Positions 6,486 through 15,011 of a stretch of 31,481 bases of DNA are shown piece by piece. Under the pieces are notes generated by a model. That model did not search any database, was not told the origin of the DNA, and saw only the letters and a program-made list of their open reading frames with translations. The DNA is taken from IMG/VR virus record IMGVR_UViG_3300028454_000103; one strand, 5' to 3'. The translations under genes and the position numbers were made by a program. Position 1 is the stretch's first letter. The number at the start of each line of letters is the position of its first letter. The DNA is from a virus.

Positions 6486-7244
6486 ATGACACAGTACAAG
6501 ACATTAGAGGCACAGCAGAGCGCGGCAAAGGTTATTACAGGCTGCATAGACGCGATTAACAACGAAAAGGGCTTACCGTACCAGCTGGGCACATTAACAG
6601 TAGAGTACATAACGAAATACTTAGCAGAGTATAGAAAACTAATCGAAAAGGACATAGAAGAGAGCCAGAAAGCAGCAGAGGCAGCAGGCGACGCAGAAAC
6701 AGTTATTAAGATATGGGCAGCAAACAAAGAGAACGGCTACAGAGCTTACCCGCCAGAGTATGAAGTAATGTTTTGGAATGTTGCAGGCGAGGCTTTAAGA
6801 ATACCAGACGGAAAGCCTAACCATGAATACCAAACTAAGTTTGGCTTTGACACTTTCGAAGAGGCAGCGCTTTTTATTGAAAGCGTAAACGTACCAGACG
6901 CAGTACAAGTAAGTATTAACGACGAGTGCTACGACGTTTACCCAGCAGAGCTGCAAGTAAAGGGCAATAAAATGCAAGAACGCAGCCGCCTAGACTTTGA
7001 CGACGTACGCAGCTTTTGTATAAGCAAAAACCTTTACACACGAGGCACTAACGAGGAATACACACGCCTTGCTAATATGCTTTTCTACTGGCAGGAAACA
7101 GGGCAGAACATAGACACAGCTAAGCTGCAGATAGTAGCGCAGAATATCTTAGACCACAGCGACACAGAGTACGAGCTAGAAAGTCTTATGTTTTCACTTA
7201 AGCGCGAGGCAGTTATTACTAGCTACTGCGTAGCAGATCACTAA
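6486..7244 (+). CDS. Hypothetical early protein (first gene of the early operon)
   Basis: 252-aa ORF with RBS gagaggt. No recognisable domain. Confidence 0.75.
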   Translation: MTQYKTLEAQQSAAKVITGCIDAINNEKGLPYQLGTLTVEYITKYLAEYRKLIEKDIEESQKAAEAAGDAETVIKIWAANKENGYRAYPPEYEVMFWNVAGEALRIPDGKPNHEYQTKFGFDTFEEAALFIESVNVPDAVQVSINDECYDVYPAELQVKGNKMQERSRLDFDDVRSFCISKNLYTRGTNEEYTRLANMLFYWQETGQNIDTAKLQIVAQNILDHSDTEYELESLMFSLKREAVITSYCVADH

Positions 7245-7265
7245 GCGACAGAGGGGGCAGCGGGT

Positions 7266-7547
7266 ATGGAAAGCTACAGAACTTTAGAAGATATACAAGC
7301 ATATAGCGCAGGCTATGCAGCAGCAGTAGCAGACATGGTAGAGCGTGAGGCAAAGCGCAGAAAGCGGCAAAGGGCAGCAGCCCAGCGCCGCAAGCACATG
7401 CTTATACAAAAGCTGGCAGGCTTTGTGCTGGTAACAGCAAACGTACTAGCCGCTTACATCATGGACGGCGACATAACGGCGGCAGTAGTGCTAGTACCGC
7501 TAGGCATATACATAATGCTTACTAAAGAGCTGGTACTAGAAATTTAA
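7266..7547 (+). CDS. Hypothetical membrane protein
   Basis: Basic stretch KRRKRQRAAAQRRK followed by two hydrophobic segments. Confidence 0.65.
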   Translation: MESYRTLEDIQAYSAGYAAAVADMVEREAKRRKRQRAAAQRRKHMLIQKLAGFVLVTANVLAAYIMDGDITAAVVLVPLGIYIMLTKELVLEI

Positions 7548-7562
7548 CGAGGTAAAAAGGAA

Positions 7563-7766
7563 ATGAGAAAAAAGCAGAACGTAGACCAGATCATAGAAGA
7601 GACACAGCAGAGAACATTTTTAGAGAATAACCCGCAGTACAACGAGTTTAACGACCTTGCAAAAGAAGTAGCGCAGCTGCCAAGAGAGCAGCAGGCAAAA
7701 GTAGCTATTTTCGCACAGGGCGTTATAGCTGCAACGGCAGCAGGGGTAGGAAATGCAACAGAGTAA
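7563..7766 (+). CDS. Hypothetical small protein
   Basis: 67-aa ORF with RBS aggtaaaaagga. Confidence 0.55.
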   Translation: MRKKQNVDQIIEETQQRTFLENNPQYNEFNDLAKEVAQLPREQQAKVAIFAQGVIAATAAGVGNATE

Positions 7767-7977
7767 GAACTTAACGCCAGCAGAGGCGGCAAAGATATTA
7801 GGCGTAAGCCCACAATATGTGCGCGTAGGCTTGCAGCAGGGCGTATTACCGATAGGCAGCGCCGTTAAAATGTCTAGCCGCTGGGCGTACAACATACCAG
7901 AGGCAGCACTTAAAAACTACATAGAGTACGGGGGAAAAATGCAGCATGAACTTACAGAGCCAGCTAGAAGTAATTAA
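7753..7977 (+). CDS. Excisionase-family / MerR-like HTH DNA-binding protein
   Basis: LTPAEAAKILGVSPQYVRVGLQQGVLP matches the HTH_17 (excisionase-type) pattern. Confidence 0.65.
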   Translation: MQQSKNLTPAEAAKILGVSPQYVRVGLQQGVLPIGSAVKMSSRWAYNIPEAALKNYIEYGGKMQHELTEPARSN

Positions 7978-8284
7978 CCATAGCTGCCGCGTACGTATCA
8001 TAGACAGGCGGGTAACGGGCGACGAGTTTAAAGTATTCGACGACTACAAAGCGTTTGCAATAGACGACAGCGGCAAACTGGGCAGCCGCTTAGACAGGAA
8101 ATACTTAGGCTATAAGGTTATAGCTCTTTATATGCGCCCAGAGATAAGCCACAAGAGAGCTAAAGAGCTGGGCTTAATTGAGCCACTGCACCCAGAGGAC
8201 ACGCCAGCATATAGCTTTAGCGACTTAGAGCTAAGGCTTTACTACGAAATAGTAATAGAGAAAGACGAGGCAGTACATATTTAA
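7946..8284 (+). CDS. Hypothetical protein
   Basis: 112-aa ORF in the early operon. Confidence 0.6.
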   Translation: MNLQSQLEVINHSCRVRIIDRRVTGDEFKVFDDYKAFAIDDSGKLGSRLDRKYLGYKVIALYMRPEISHKRAKELGLIEPLHPEDTPAYSFSDLELRLYYEIVIEKDEAVHI

Positions 8285-8314
8285 GGACACAAGCGACAGA
8301 GGGGCGCGTAGATC

Positions 8315-8587
8315 ATGGCAACTAATAAGGAATTATTAGAGCAAGTACGGACGCTTAAAGGCAAGCTCTTAAGAGCAAGCCACGAGAAAAGAAAACTAGA
8401 AGAGAAAAACGCAGCACTGGCTATGGAGATAGACGCAGCAGAGCAGCTGCTTATTAACACCAGAAACAACTTAGCAGAGTGCGGCGAGAAAATGCTAAAA
8501 GCGCAAAAAGAGGCTTACGACTGGCAGCAGGCAGCAGAGGGGCTGGCACGCATGCTAGAAGAGCTTAAGGCGCAGGGCAAGTGGTAA
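8315..8587 (+). CDS. Hypothetical coiled-coil protein
   Basis: 90 aa, heptad-like and charged. RBS agagggg. Confidence 0.65.
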   Translation: MATNKELLEQVRTLKGKLLRASHEKRKLEEKNAALAMEIDAAEQLLINTRNNLAECGEKMLKAQKEAYDWQQAAEGLARMLEELKAQGKW

Positions 8588-8619
8588 CTATAAACACGCA
8601 ACGAAAGAGAGGTAGAAAC

Positions 8620-8985
8620 ATGGCACATTATACGGGCTGCTGCATTTATTGCGGACAGTTAGCAAACGTAGTAGCAGGCGAGGGCTTAACAGAGGACGAA
8701 ATTAACAAGCTGGCTACTTTGCAGTGCAATTGCGACGAGGCACAGGCACTACAGAAAGTAGAGCAAAAGAAAACGTACGCAGAGGCGAACATTAAGCAGC
8801 TTTTCGAGAACGACGGCGCAGGGCTTAAGAATATCTTATTAGAGGCTTGCGGCTGCCTTGCAGCACAGAACATAAAGAAAATTAGTATCACGACAGCAGA
8901 GGGCGTAAAGGCAACACTTACAGCCAAAGAAAATAGCATTAAATGCGAAAGAACGGTAACGGATAAAAAGAGCTTAGAGGACTAA
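8620..8985 (+). CDS. Hypothetical Cys-rich protein
   Basis: The ATG at 8620 has RBS agagaggt 6 nt upstream. The track's GTG start at 8581 has no RBS. Contains CCIYCGQ...CNCDEA. Confidence 0.65.
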   Translation: MAHYTGCCIYCGQLANVVAGEGLTEDEINKLATLQCNCDEAQALQKVEQKKTYAEANIKQLFENDGAGLKNILLEACGCLAAQNIKKISITTAEGVKATLTAKENSIKCERTVTDKKSLED

Positions 8986-9019
8986 GCACCAGATCATTAA
9001 CACGCGAGAGGTAATAAGC

Positions 9020-9400
9020 ATGCAGCAGTATAAGCAGCTAAGTATATGGGATATTTTAGGGAATATAGAGGACAACCCAGCGGCAGCGCTGCCGTGTGAA
9101 AAATGCGTTTTTAGTAAGTCTGCATGCTGCGCTTATGAGACAGAGGGCAACAGCTGCACAGACGGCAACAAAATGCTACTTAAGTCTGACGGCTGGCACT
9201 TAGTAGACGACGGGCGAGACATACCGCATAACAAAGACTGGCAGCTAGCAGAGTGTATTACTTATTACCAGCGTACAGACAAGTACAACCGCGAGAAATG
9301 GCTAGTAAAAGACAGCACCTTTAAAAGTACACAACAGTATAAACCTAACAACACGCCAGAGGTAATAGCATGGCGCTACACAAGCGAAAGCGAGGGCTAA
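9020..9400 (+). CDS. Hypothetical protein
   Basis: 126-aa ORF with RBS gagaggt. Confidence 0.7.
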   Translation: MQQYKQLSIWDILGNIEDNPAAALPCEKCVFSKSACCAYETEGNSCTDGNKMLLKSDGWHLVDDGRDIPHNKDWQLAECITYYQRTDKYNREKWLVKDSTFKSTQQYKPNNTPEVIAWRYTSESEG

Positions 9401-9404
9401 AAGC

Positions 9405-9719
9405 ATGGGGGAACTAAGAAAGACAACAGACCTAGTATACGACATTTTAAAGCAGGACGAGGCGGCACGAGACAGCGACAACGTACTTTACTGCAAAGTC
9501 TTAGAGTATTACGGCAAGCGCCTTAACGTAGACTTTAACAGGGTTTCTGTAATGAGCTTTTTTAGCAGCGTAAAACGCAGCCAGATACCGAGCATAGAAA
9601 CAGTAGGACGCTGCAGGCGAAAGCTGCAAGAGGAATACTACGAGCTTAGAGGCAGCGAGAACGTAGAGCGCGAGAGGCGGGCGCGCGAAAAGGACTTTAG
9701 GAGCTACGCACATTACTAA
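9405..9719 (+). CDS. Hypothetical protein
   Basis: 104-aa ORF. Confidence 0.7.
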   Translation: MGELRKTTDLVYDILKQDEAARDSDNVLYCKVLEYYGKRLNVDFNRVSVMSFFSSVKRSQIPSIETVGRCRRKLQEEYYELRGSENVERERRAREKDFRSYAHY

Positions 9720-9743
9720 TAATTGTTGGGAGATATGGGAGAA

Positions 9744-10121
9744 ATGAAAACAGTATATATATGCAGCCCTTATAGGGCGACAAGTGAGGCACAGCTAGAC
9801 AATAACATAGACTATGCGCAGGAACTAACACGCACAGCCCTAAACGCAGGACTAGCACCGATAACGCCGCACTTGTATTTAACGCAAGTTACGGACGATA
9901 GCAAACCAGCAGAACGCGAGCGAGGCTTAGCAGCTGGTACAGCGCTATTACTAACTTGCGATTTTTGCGTTATGGGCAACCGTTACGGCATAAGCGCTGG
10001 TATGCAGGGCGAGCTAGACGCGGCAGCAGGCGCAGACATACCAGTAATAGTTATAGACGGCGAGGACGACTTAGGCGTATTACTCCATGCCGTAGAGAGG
10101 TACACACATGGCGAAAAATAA
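9744..10121 (+). CDS. DUF4406 / nucleoside 2-deoxyribosyltransferase-like protein
   Basis: VYICSPYRA...APITPHLYLTQVTDDSKPAERERGLAAG...CDFCVMG..ISAGMQGELDAA resembles the DUF4406 pattern. The start is uncertain (9723 TTG, 9735 or 9744 ATG). Confidence 0.65.
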   Translation: MKTVYICSPYRATSEAQLDNNIDYAQELTRTALNAGLAPITPHLYLTQVTDDSKPAERERGLAAGTALLLTCDFCVMGNRYGISAGMQGELDAAAGADIPVIVIDGEDDLGVLLHAVERYTHGEK

Positions 10122-10485
10122 CAACATGGTTACAGCAGATCACATAAAAATAGTACTGCTTAAGTTTAAAGTCGAGCTTACAGACAGGCGCAACGGCAAA
10201 AACAGCAAAGCAGAGGCTATAGAGATTATGGGCGCAGACTTTGACGTAGACGCAGCCCAGAAAAAAGTAGAGCAGAAATACGCAGCACTGGGCTACGACG
10301 TTTACGACATAGAGGTAGTAGGGCAGCGCACATACGATACTACAGCCTTAGAGCTTTACGAGACACTAACAGACGACGAGCTAGGCAAGCCAGTAAAAGG
10401 CATTACGAGCCTTTTTAATAGCGCCGATAGCTGGCGCACAGCTGCAGAGGACGCAGCACGAGAAGAGCTTAAGGGGGATATATAG
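10108..10485 (+). CDS. Hypothetical protein
   Basis: 125-aa ORF with RBS gagagg. Confidence 0.7.
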   Translation: MAKNNNMVTADHIKIVLLKFKVELTDRRNGKNSKAEAIEIMGADFDVDAAQKKVEQKYAALGYDVYDIEVVGQRTYDTTALELYETLTDDELGKPVKGITSLFNSADSWRTAAEDAAREELKGDI

Positions 10486-10489
10486 ACCT

Positions 10490-11110
10490 ATGGAAACACA
10501 AAACCTTATTACGCTGCTAGGAATTGCAGAAACAGACGCAGAGCCGCAAGAGTTTATTAACGGCACTAAAGTTAAGTGCTGGCATATCCTGCTTAGGACA
10601 GATAGACACAGCGGCACGCCAGATTATGAGCACATCTATTTTACAGAGAAAGCCAACAGCAACGACCTACTACCATTTATTAAGGGCATGCCCGTTATGG
10701 TTATAGGCTGCATGCAGACAGCTAAGGACTTTAAAACAAATAGAGTGCTTACTTTTGTGTCTGCAGATTACGTGGGCGTGGTTAAGGGGGATAACTACGA
10801 GCTACAGAACGACGTAAAGATAGTAGGCAAGCTGGGCAAGGGCATAGAGTACCGCGTAAAGAAGAGCGGCAAGCGCATTACTAACTTAATGCTGGAAGTG
10901 CCCAGCGTATTTAGAGCAAGCACTAACTGTTATATACCTTGTATCTGCTGGCAGTCACTAGCAGACAAAGCTAAAGACTGGCAAGTAGGCGACACAGTAG
11001 AGCTTACAGGCAGACTGCAGAGCCGCGACTTTATCAAAAAACAAGAGGGCGCAGAGGATATTAAGCGCACCAGCTACGAGGTATCTATATGCAATATGAC
11101 CAGACTATAA
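10490..11110 (+). CDS. OB-fold, SSB-like protein (non-canonical)
   Basis: The C-terminal half (ITNLMLEV...YIPCICWQSLADKAKDWQVGDTVELTGRLQSRDF...RTSYEVSI) follows the SSB OB-fold pattern but lacks an acidic tail. Confidence 0.5.
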   Translation: METQNLITLLGIAETDAEPQEFINGTKVKCWHILLRTDRHSGTPDYEHIYFTEKANSNDLLPFIKGMPVMVIGCMQTAKDFKTNRVLTFVSADYVGVVKGDNYELQNDVKIVGKLGKGIEYRVKKSGKRITNLMLEVPSVFRASTNCYIPCICWQSLADKAKDWQVGDTVELTGRLQSRDFIKKQEGAEDIKRTSYEVSICNMTRL

Positions 11111-12168
11111 CAGCACACGTAATTATATACGCAGAACTACTAGCGCCAGTAGGCGGCATAGAGACTTTTATATATAACCTATGCTGCGCACTCCATAAAG
11201 AGTACGACATAAAGGTTATATATAAGAACGGCGACGACAAGCAAATAGAGAGGCTGCAGGGCTTAGTAATGACATTGCAGTTAAGCAGCGTGCTAGAGGC
11301 TAGCTGCGACTTGCTTATTATGAATAGCATTTTTGATAAGCAGCCCGTACAGATCACAGCGGGGCGCGTACTGCAAATGGTACATAGCTGCAAGCTACGC
11401 GACTTTTACAAAATACCAGAGGGGCGCGACCAGTACATAGCAGTTAGTGAGGCGGCAAGGGTTACTTATCCTAAAGAGCTGCCAGACGACACGGGGGTAC
11501 TGCACAATATCGGAAACAGCAAAGAGCCTAAGCGCCTACTTAAGCTCTTAAGCGCTACCCGTCTTACAGAGGAAAAGGGCGGCGACAGGATAAAGCAACT
11601 AGCAGCGCAGCTTAACGCAGCGGACATACCTTTTATATGGCTTATATTTACGGCTAACGAGTTTAGACCAGTACCAAAAGGCGTAATACTTATGCAGCCA
11701 GACTTAGAGATTAAGCCATATATTGCAGCAGCAGACTACCTAGTACAACTAAGCGACAACGAGAGCTACTGCTACAGCATTGTAGAGGCATTTAGCTTAG
11801 GCACGCCAGTAATTACTACACCTATTAGCGTAGCAGACGAAATAGGCGTAGAGGACGGCGTTAACGGTTATGTCGTGCCGTTTGATATGCAGGGCATAGA
11901 CGTTAAAAAGATATACGAGCATATACCTACTGGCTTTACTTACAAGAGCGAGGACAAGGAAATATTAAAGCGCTGGCGGCAGATCATAGGCAAGCCAACT
12001 AGAAAGCCTACATATAAGCCAGCAGAAAAAATGCACGTAGAGGCGACGCAGGACTACTTAGACAATGCGCTAGGCAAGCTGGTAGTAAAAGGCGAGCGCC
12101 ACTACATGAGCATACAGAGAGCAAACAAGCTGCAGAGCATGGGCTTAGTAAAGCTGCTTGAAAATTAA
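11089..12168 (+). CDS. Glycosyltransferase family 1 (GT-B fold)
   Basis: LSATRLTEEKG...DYLVQLSDNESYCYSIVEAFSLGTPVITTP...GVNGYVV is a typical GT1 C-terminal domain with an EX7E-type motif. Confidence 0.85.
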   Translation: MQYDQTITAHVIIYAELLAPVGGIETFIYNLCCALHKEYDIKVIYKNGDDKQIERLQGLVMTLQLSSVLEASCDLLIMNSIFDKQPVQITAGRVLQMVHSCKLRDFYKIPEGRDQYIAVSEAARVTYPKELPDDTGVLHNIGNSKEPKRLLKLLSATRLTEEKGGDRIKQLAAQLNAADIPFIWLIFTANEFRPVPKGVILMQPDLEIKPYIAAADYLVQLSDNESYCYSIVEAFSLGTPVITTPISVADEIGVEDGVNGYVVPFDMQGIDVKKIYEHIPTGFTYKSEDKEILKRWRQIIGKPTRKPTYKPAEKMHVEATQDYLDNALGKLVVKGERHYMSIQRANKLQSMGLVKLLEN

Positions 12169-12259
12169 CTACATATATATAAGAAGAAACAGGCGCGGTA
12201 AGCGCTCTTAAAACACTTGATAAAAGTATTAACTTACCGACAGGGGGATAAAAAATAAT

Positions 12260-13018
12260 ATGCCTTATGTTAAGAGAACAACCCAAGCAGGAAAGACTAT
12301 AGAGGTAGAGTACTACTACACCAGCCAGTACAACCGTAAAGGGCAATGCAGAGCCGATAAAGTTAAGCCTACTAAAGAGGCACAGAAAAAAATTAACAAT
12401 AAGCAGGCAGAGAGAAAGCTAAGGCTACTGCTTAACGCTAACTTTGGCTATGGAGACTACCACGTAATACTTGACTACATCAGACAAGAGGGTAAGCCAG
12501 ATCGTACCAAAGAGGAAATGCAGACAGATATAGCTAAGTTTCTACGAGAGCTTAGAAAGCTATACAGGAAAGCAGGCAAAGAGCTTAAGTACGTGCATGT
12601 AATGGAGATAGGCAAAAAGGGAGCACGCCACCACCACTTAGTAATCAATAAGCTAGATACAGAGCTATTGCAGCAGGCGTGGTACAAAGCATACGAGGGG
12701 CACAACCGCGTTAAGGTATTCCCACTAGACGACACGGGCAACTATGCAGACCTAGCGGCATATCTGATTAAGTACACCAGCGAGCACCGCAGAGACGAGG
12801 GCGCACTTATGGGCAAGCGCTATAACTGCAGCCGCAACCTAGTACACCCAGAGCCTAAGTACGAGATATGCACAAGCAAGGCATACTTTAGAGTGCGCGA
12901 GAACATCAAAGCACCAAAGGGCTACTACATACCAGCAGACAGCATAGAGCAGGGCGTAACAAGCCCAGAGTATTACGGCTATGGCTGGTTTAGGTACACA
13001 ATGGTACGGCTAGAGTAA
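12260..13018 (+). CDS. HUH-superfamily rolling-circle replication initiator-like protein (two-tyrosine type)
   Basis: HHHLVIN (HUH motif). AAYLIKYTSEH has two Tyr separated by three residues, as in the phiX174 A / P2 A class. Confidence 0.6.
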   Translation: MPYVKRTTQAGKTIEVEYYYTSQYNRKGQCRADKVKPTKEAQKKINNKQAERKLRLLLNANFGYGDYHVILDYIRQEGKPDRTKEEMQTDIAKFLRELRKLYRKAGKELKYVHVMEIGKKGARHHHLVINKLDTELLQQAWYKAYEGHNRVKVFPLDDTGNYADLAAYLIKYTSEHRRDEGALMGKRYNCSRNLVHPEPKYEICTSKAYFRVRENIKAPKGYYIPADSIEQGVTSPEYYGYGWFRYTMVRLE

Positions 13019-13033
13019 AGAGAGGGGCGCAAC

Positions 13034-13687
13034 ATGACAAAGGCAAAGAGAGTAATAGCAATAACGGCAGCGGCACTACTTGTACTGGCATTACTGGGCA
13101 GCTGCTTTGTATCAGATCACGAGGGCGACGAGGCAGCAGAGGCTAAGAGCGAGCCTATAGACACGGTAGAGCTGGTTATAGTGCAGCAGGCAGTGCAGCT
13201 GGCAGAGGCAGCAGAAACAGACGAGCTGCAGGCAGAGTACGAGTATATACCCAGCACGCAGGCAGACGAGGGCTACATAAGCGAGCTAGAGCTTATAGAG
13301 ATTACCGAGGAATACGGCAGACAGTACAATATATGCCCAGAGCTGCTGCAGGCAATAGCAATGCGAGAGAGCACGCTATACTTACAGGCTACTAACGGCG
13401 ACTGCAAAGGGCTTATGCAGATTAGCGAGAAGTGGCACACAGAGCGCATGCAGCGCTTAGGCGTTACAGACATATACGACGCAAGAGGCAACATACTACT
13501 AGCTGCAGACTACATAGCAGAGCTAAGAGACACCACAGAGTACGGCTACGACTTAGTATACGTGCTTATGCGTTACAACATGGCGACAGACACAGCAAAC
13601 CAGCTGTATAAACAGGGCGAGTATACAGACTATGCGCTAGAGATCATAGAGGAAAGCAAACGCCTAGAGAGGTTACACGGGAAATAA
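13034..13687 (+). CDS. Membrane-anchored lytic transglycosylase (SLT domain)
   Basis: N-terminal TM/signal anchor AITAAALLVLALLGSC. SLT motifs AMRESTL, GLMQI and AADYI. Confidence 0.85.
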   Translation: MTKAKRVIAITAAALLVLALLGSCFVSDHEGDEAAEAKSEPIDTVELVIVQQAVQLAEAAETDELQAEYEYIPSTQADEGYISELELIEITEEYGRQYNICPELLQAIAMRESTLYLQATNGDCKGLMQISEKWHTERMQRLGVTDIYDARGNILLAADYIAELRDTTEYGYDLVYVLMRYNMATDTANQLYKQGEYTDYALEIIEESKRLERLHGK

Positions 13688-13830
13688 TGAGCGAGACATT
13701 TTTAACTATCAGTGCAGCAGTAGTAGCGGCGCTGCTTGTGGCAGCAGGCGTGGCAGTATATAAAGCTGGCAGGCAGCAGGCAGCAGAGGACGAGGGCAGG
13801 CACTTAAGAGAACGAGGGGGCAAAACATGA
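13687..13830 (+). CDS. Small single-pass membrane protein (47 aa; below the ORF-track cutoff)
   Basis: The ATG overlaps the upstream stop (TAATG) and its own stop overlaps the next start (ATGA). TM segment ISAAVVAALLVAAGVAVY. Confidence 0.5.
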   Translation: MSETFLTISAAVVAALLVAAGVAVYKAGRQQAAEDEGRHLRERGGKT

Positions 13831-14216
13831 GGCACAACTACAGACTAGACACAGAGGCGGGCGCGCAAGAGGCTATATTTAGCTGGTGTGACATTATGCG
13901 CAATACATACCCAGAGCTTAAGCTACTGCACCACATACCTAACGGCGGGCAGCGTAACAAGGCTACAGCCATTGCGTTAAAGAGGCAGGGCGTAAAGGCT
14001 GGCGTACCAGACTTAATGCTACCAGTATCACGGCTGGGCTATCACGGCTTATATATCGAGCTTAAGAAGAGCGACCACACAAACAGACCTACAAAGCTGC
14101 AGAGAGAGTGGCTAGAGGCACTAGAGCAGCAGGGCTACTTTACTGCAGTATGCTACGGCTACGACGAGGCAGTACAAACACTAACAGACTACCTAGAAAG
14201 CGAGGTAGAGATATGA
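13827..14216 (+). CDS. VRR-NUC domain nuclease
   Basis: HIPNGG...GVKAGVPDLMLP...GLYIELKK...LQREWLEALEQQGY matches VRR-NUC catalytic motifs. Confidence 0.85.
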   Translation: MRHNYRLDTEAGAQEAIFSWCDIMRNTYPELKLLHHIPNGGQRNKATAIALKRQGVKAGVPDLMLPVSRLGYHGLYIELKKSDHTNRPTKLQREWLEALEQQGYFTAVCYGYDEAVQTLTDYLESEVEI

Positions 14217-14452
14217 ACAAAAGACAGAGGAAAAAGCGAGCGCGGCAGCAGGGCAAGCTAACAATAGTTATAGGCTGCGACATGGTACTAAGGGCAGAGG
14301 AATACGTAAGACTACGCGCGACAGTGCAGCGGCAAGTAGACAGCGGCAACGTGGTACTACTGCCAAGCTACATGCACGTAGAGGCAATAGTAAAAGACAC
14401 GGCAGCGCGCCAGATAGAAATTAAGACAAAAGAAAGCGAGGTAGAGACATGA
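14213..14452 (+). CDS. Hypothetical protein (79 aa)
   Basis: ATGA overlap with the VRR-NUC stop and RBS gcgaggt. The track's 14108 start is an out-of-frame overlap extension. Confidence 0.6.
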   Translation: MNKRQRKKRARQQGKLTIVIGCDMVLRAEEYVRLRATVQRQVDSGNVVLLPSYMHVEAIVKDTAARQIEIKTKESEVET

Positions 14453-14595
14453 ACACAACAGCAATAGCAATTACAGGCATTATCTGCTTAACGCTCTTAG
14501 CGTTTCAGATCATTAGCGAGGTAGGCAAGACAAAGAGACATACTACAGAGCTTGCAGCAGGACTTAGAGAGAAAGAAAGCGAGGGCAAGGCATGA
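14449..14595 (+). CDS. Small membrane protein (48 aa; below the ORF-track cutoff)
   Basis: ATGA-coupled at both ends. TM segment AIAITGIICLTLLAFQII. Confidence 0.5.
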   Translation: MNTTAIAITGIICLTLLAFQIISEVGKTKRHTTELAAGLREKESEGKA

Positions 14596-14999
14596 ACATA
14601 GCGGCGCTTGTAGGTAGGCTTACCAAAGAGCCAGTAATAACCTACACACAGGACAGCAGAGCAGTAGCACGCTTTACGCTGGCAGTAGACGACTACAAAG
14701 ACACAGACTTTATTAGCTGCGTTGCTTTCGATAAGCAGGCAGAGTGGTTAGAGAAGTGGGCAAGCAAAGGCACAAAGGTAGAGCTAACAGGAAAGATTAA
14801 GACAGGCAGCTACACAAACAGAGACGGCGCTAAGGTTTACTACACAGAGGTTAGAGCTAATAGCGTAGGCTTTGGAGAGAGCAAGACCGAGGCAGAGAAA
14901 AGAGGACAGACACAAGAGCAGCAGCCAGCGCAGCAGGACAACGGCAGCGGCTTTATGGATATACCAGACGGACTAGACGAAGAGCTACCGTTTAAGTGA
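14592..14999 (+). CDS. ssb: Single-stranded DNA-binding protein
   Basis: Canonical OB fold (NIAALVGRLTKEPV...FISCVAFDKQAE...GTKVELTGKIKTGSY), Gln/Gly-rich linker and acidic C-terminal tip DEELPF. Confidence 0.92.
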   Translation: MNIAALVGRLTKEPVITYTQDSRAVARFTLAVDDYKDTDFISCVAFDKQAEWLEKWASKGTKVELTGKIKTGSYTNRDGAKVYYTEVRANSVGFGESKTEAEKRGQTQEQQPAQQDNGSGFMDIPDGLDEELPFK

Positions 15000-15011
15000 G
15001 AGGGGGCGCGC

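Noticed and set aside
7563-7977. Small ORF followed by a short HTH gene as an anti-CRISPR/aca-like pair
   Set aside because: The evidence is architecture only. The HTH matches the excisionase-type pattern, the pair is internal to a long early operon without its own promoter, and the small protein has no similarity I can recognise.
14108-14212. N-terminal extension of the 14108-14452 ORF, and similarly 8581-8619 for the 8581-8985 ORF
   Set aside because: The extensions overlap the upstream genes out of frame and lack an RBS. Internal ATGs at 14213 and 8620 have strong GAGG-type RBSs and ATGA or short-gap coupling.
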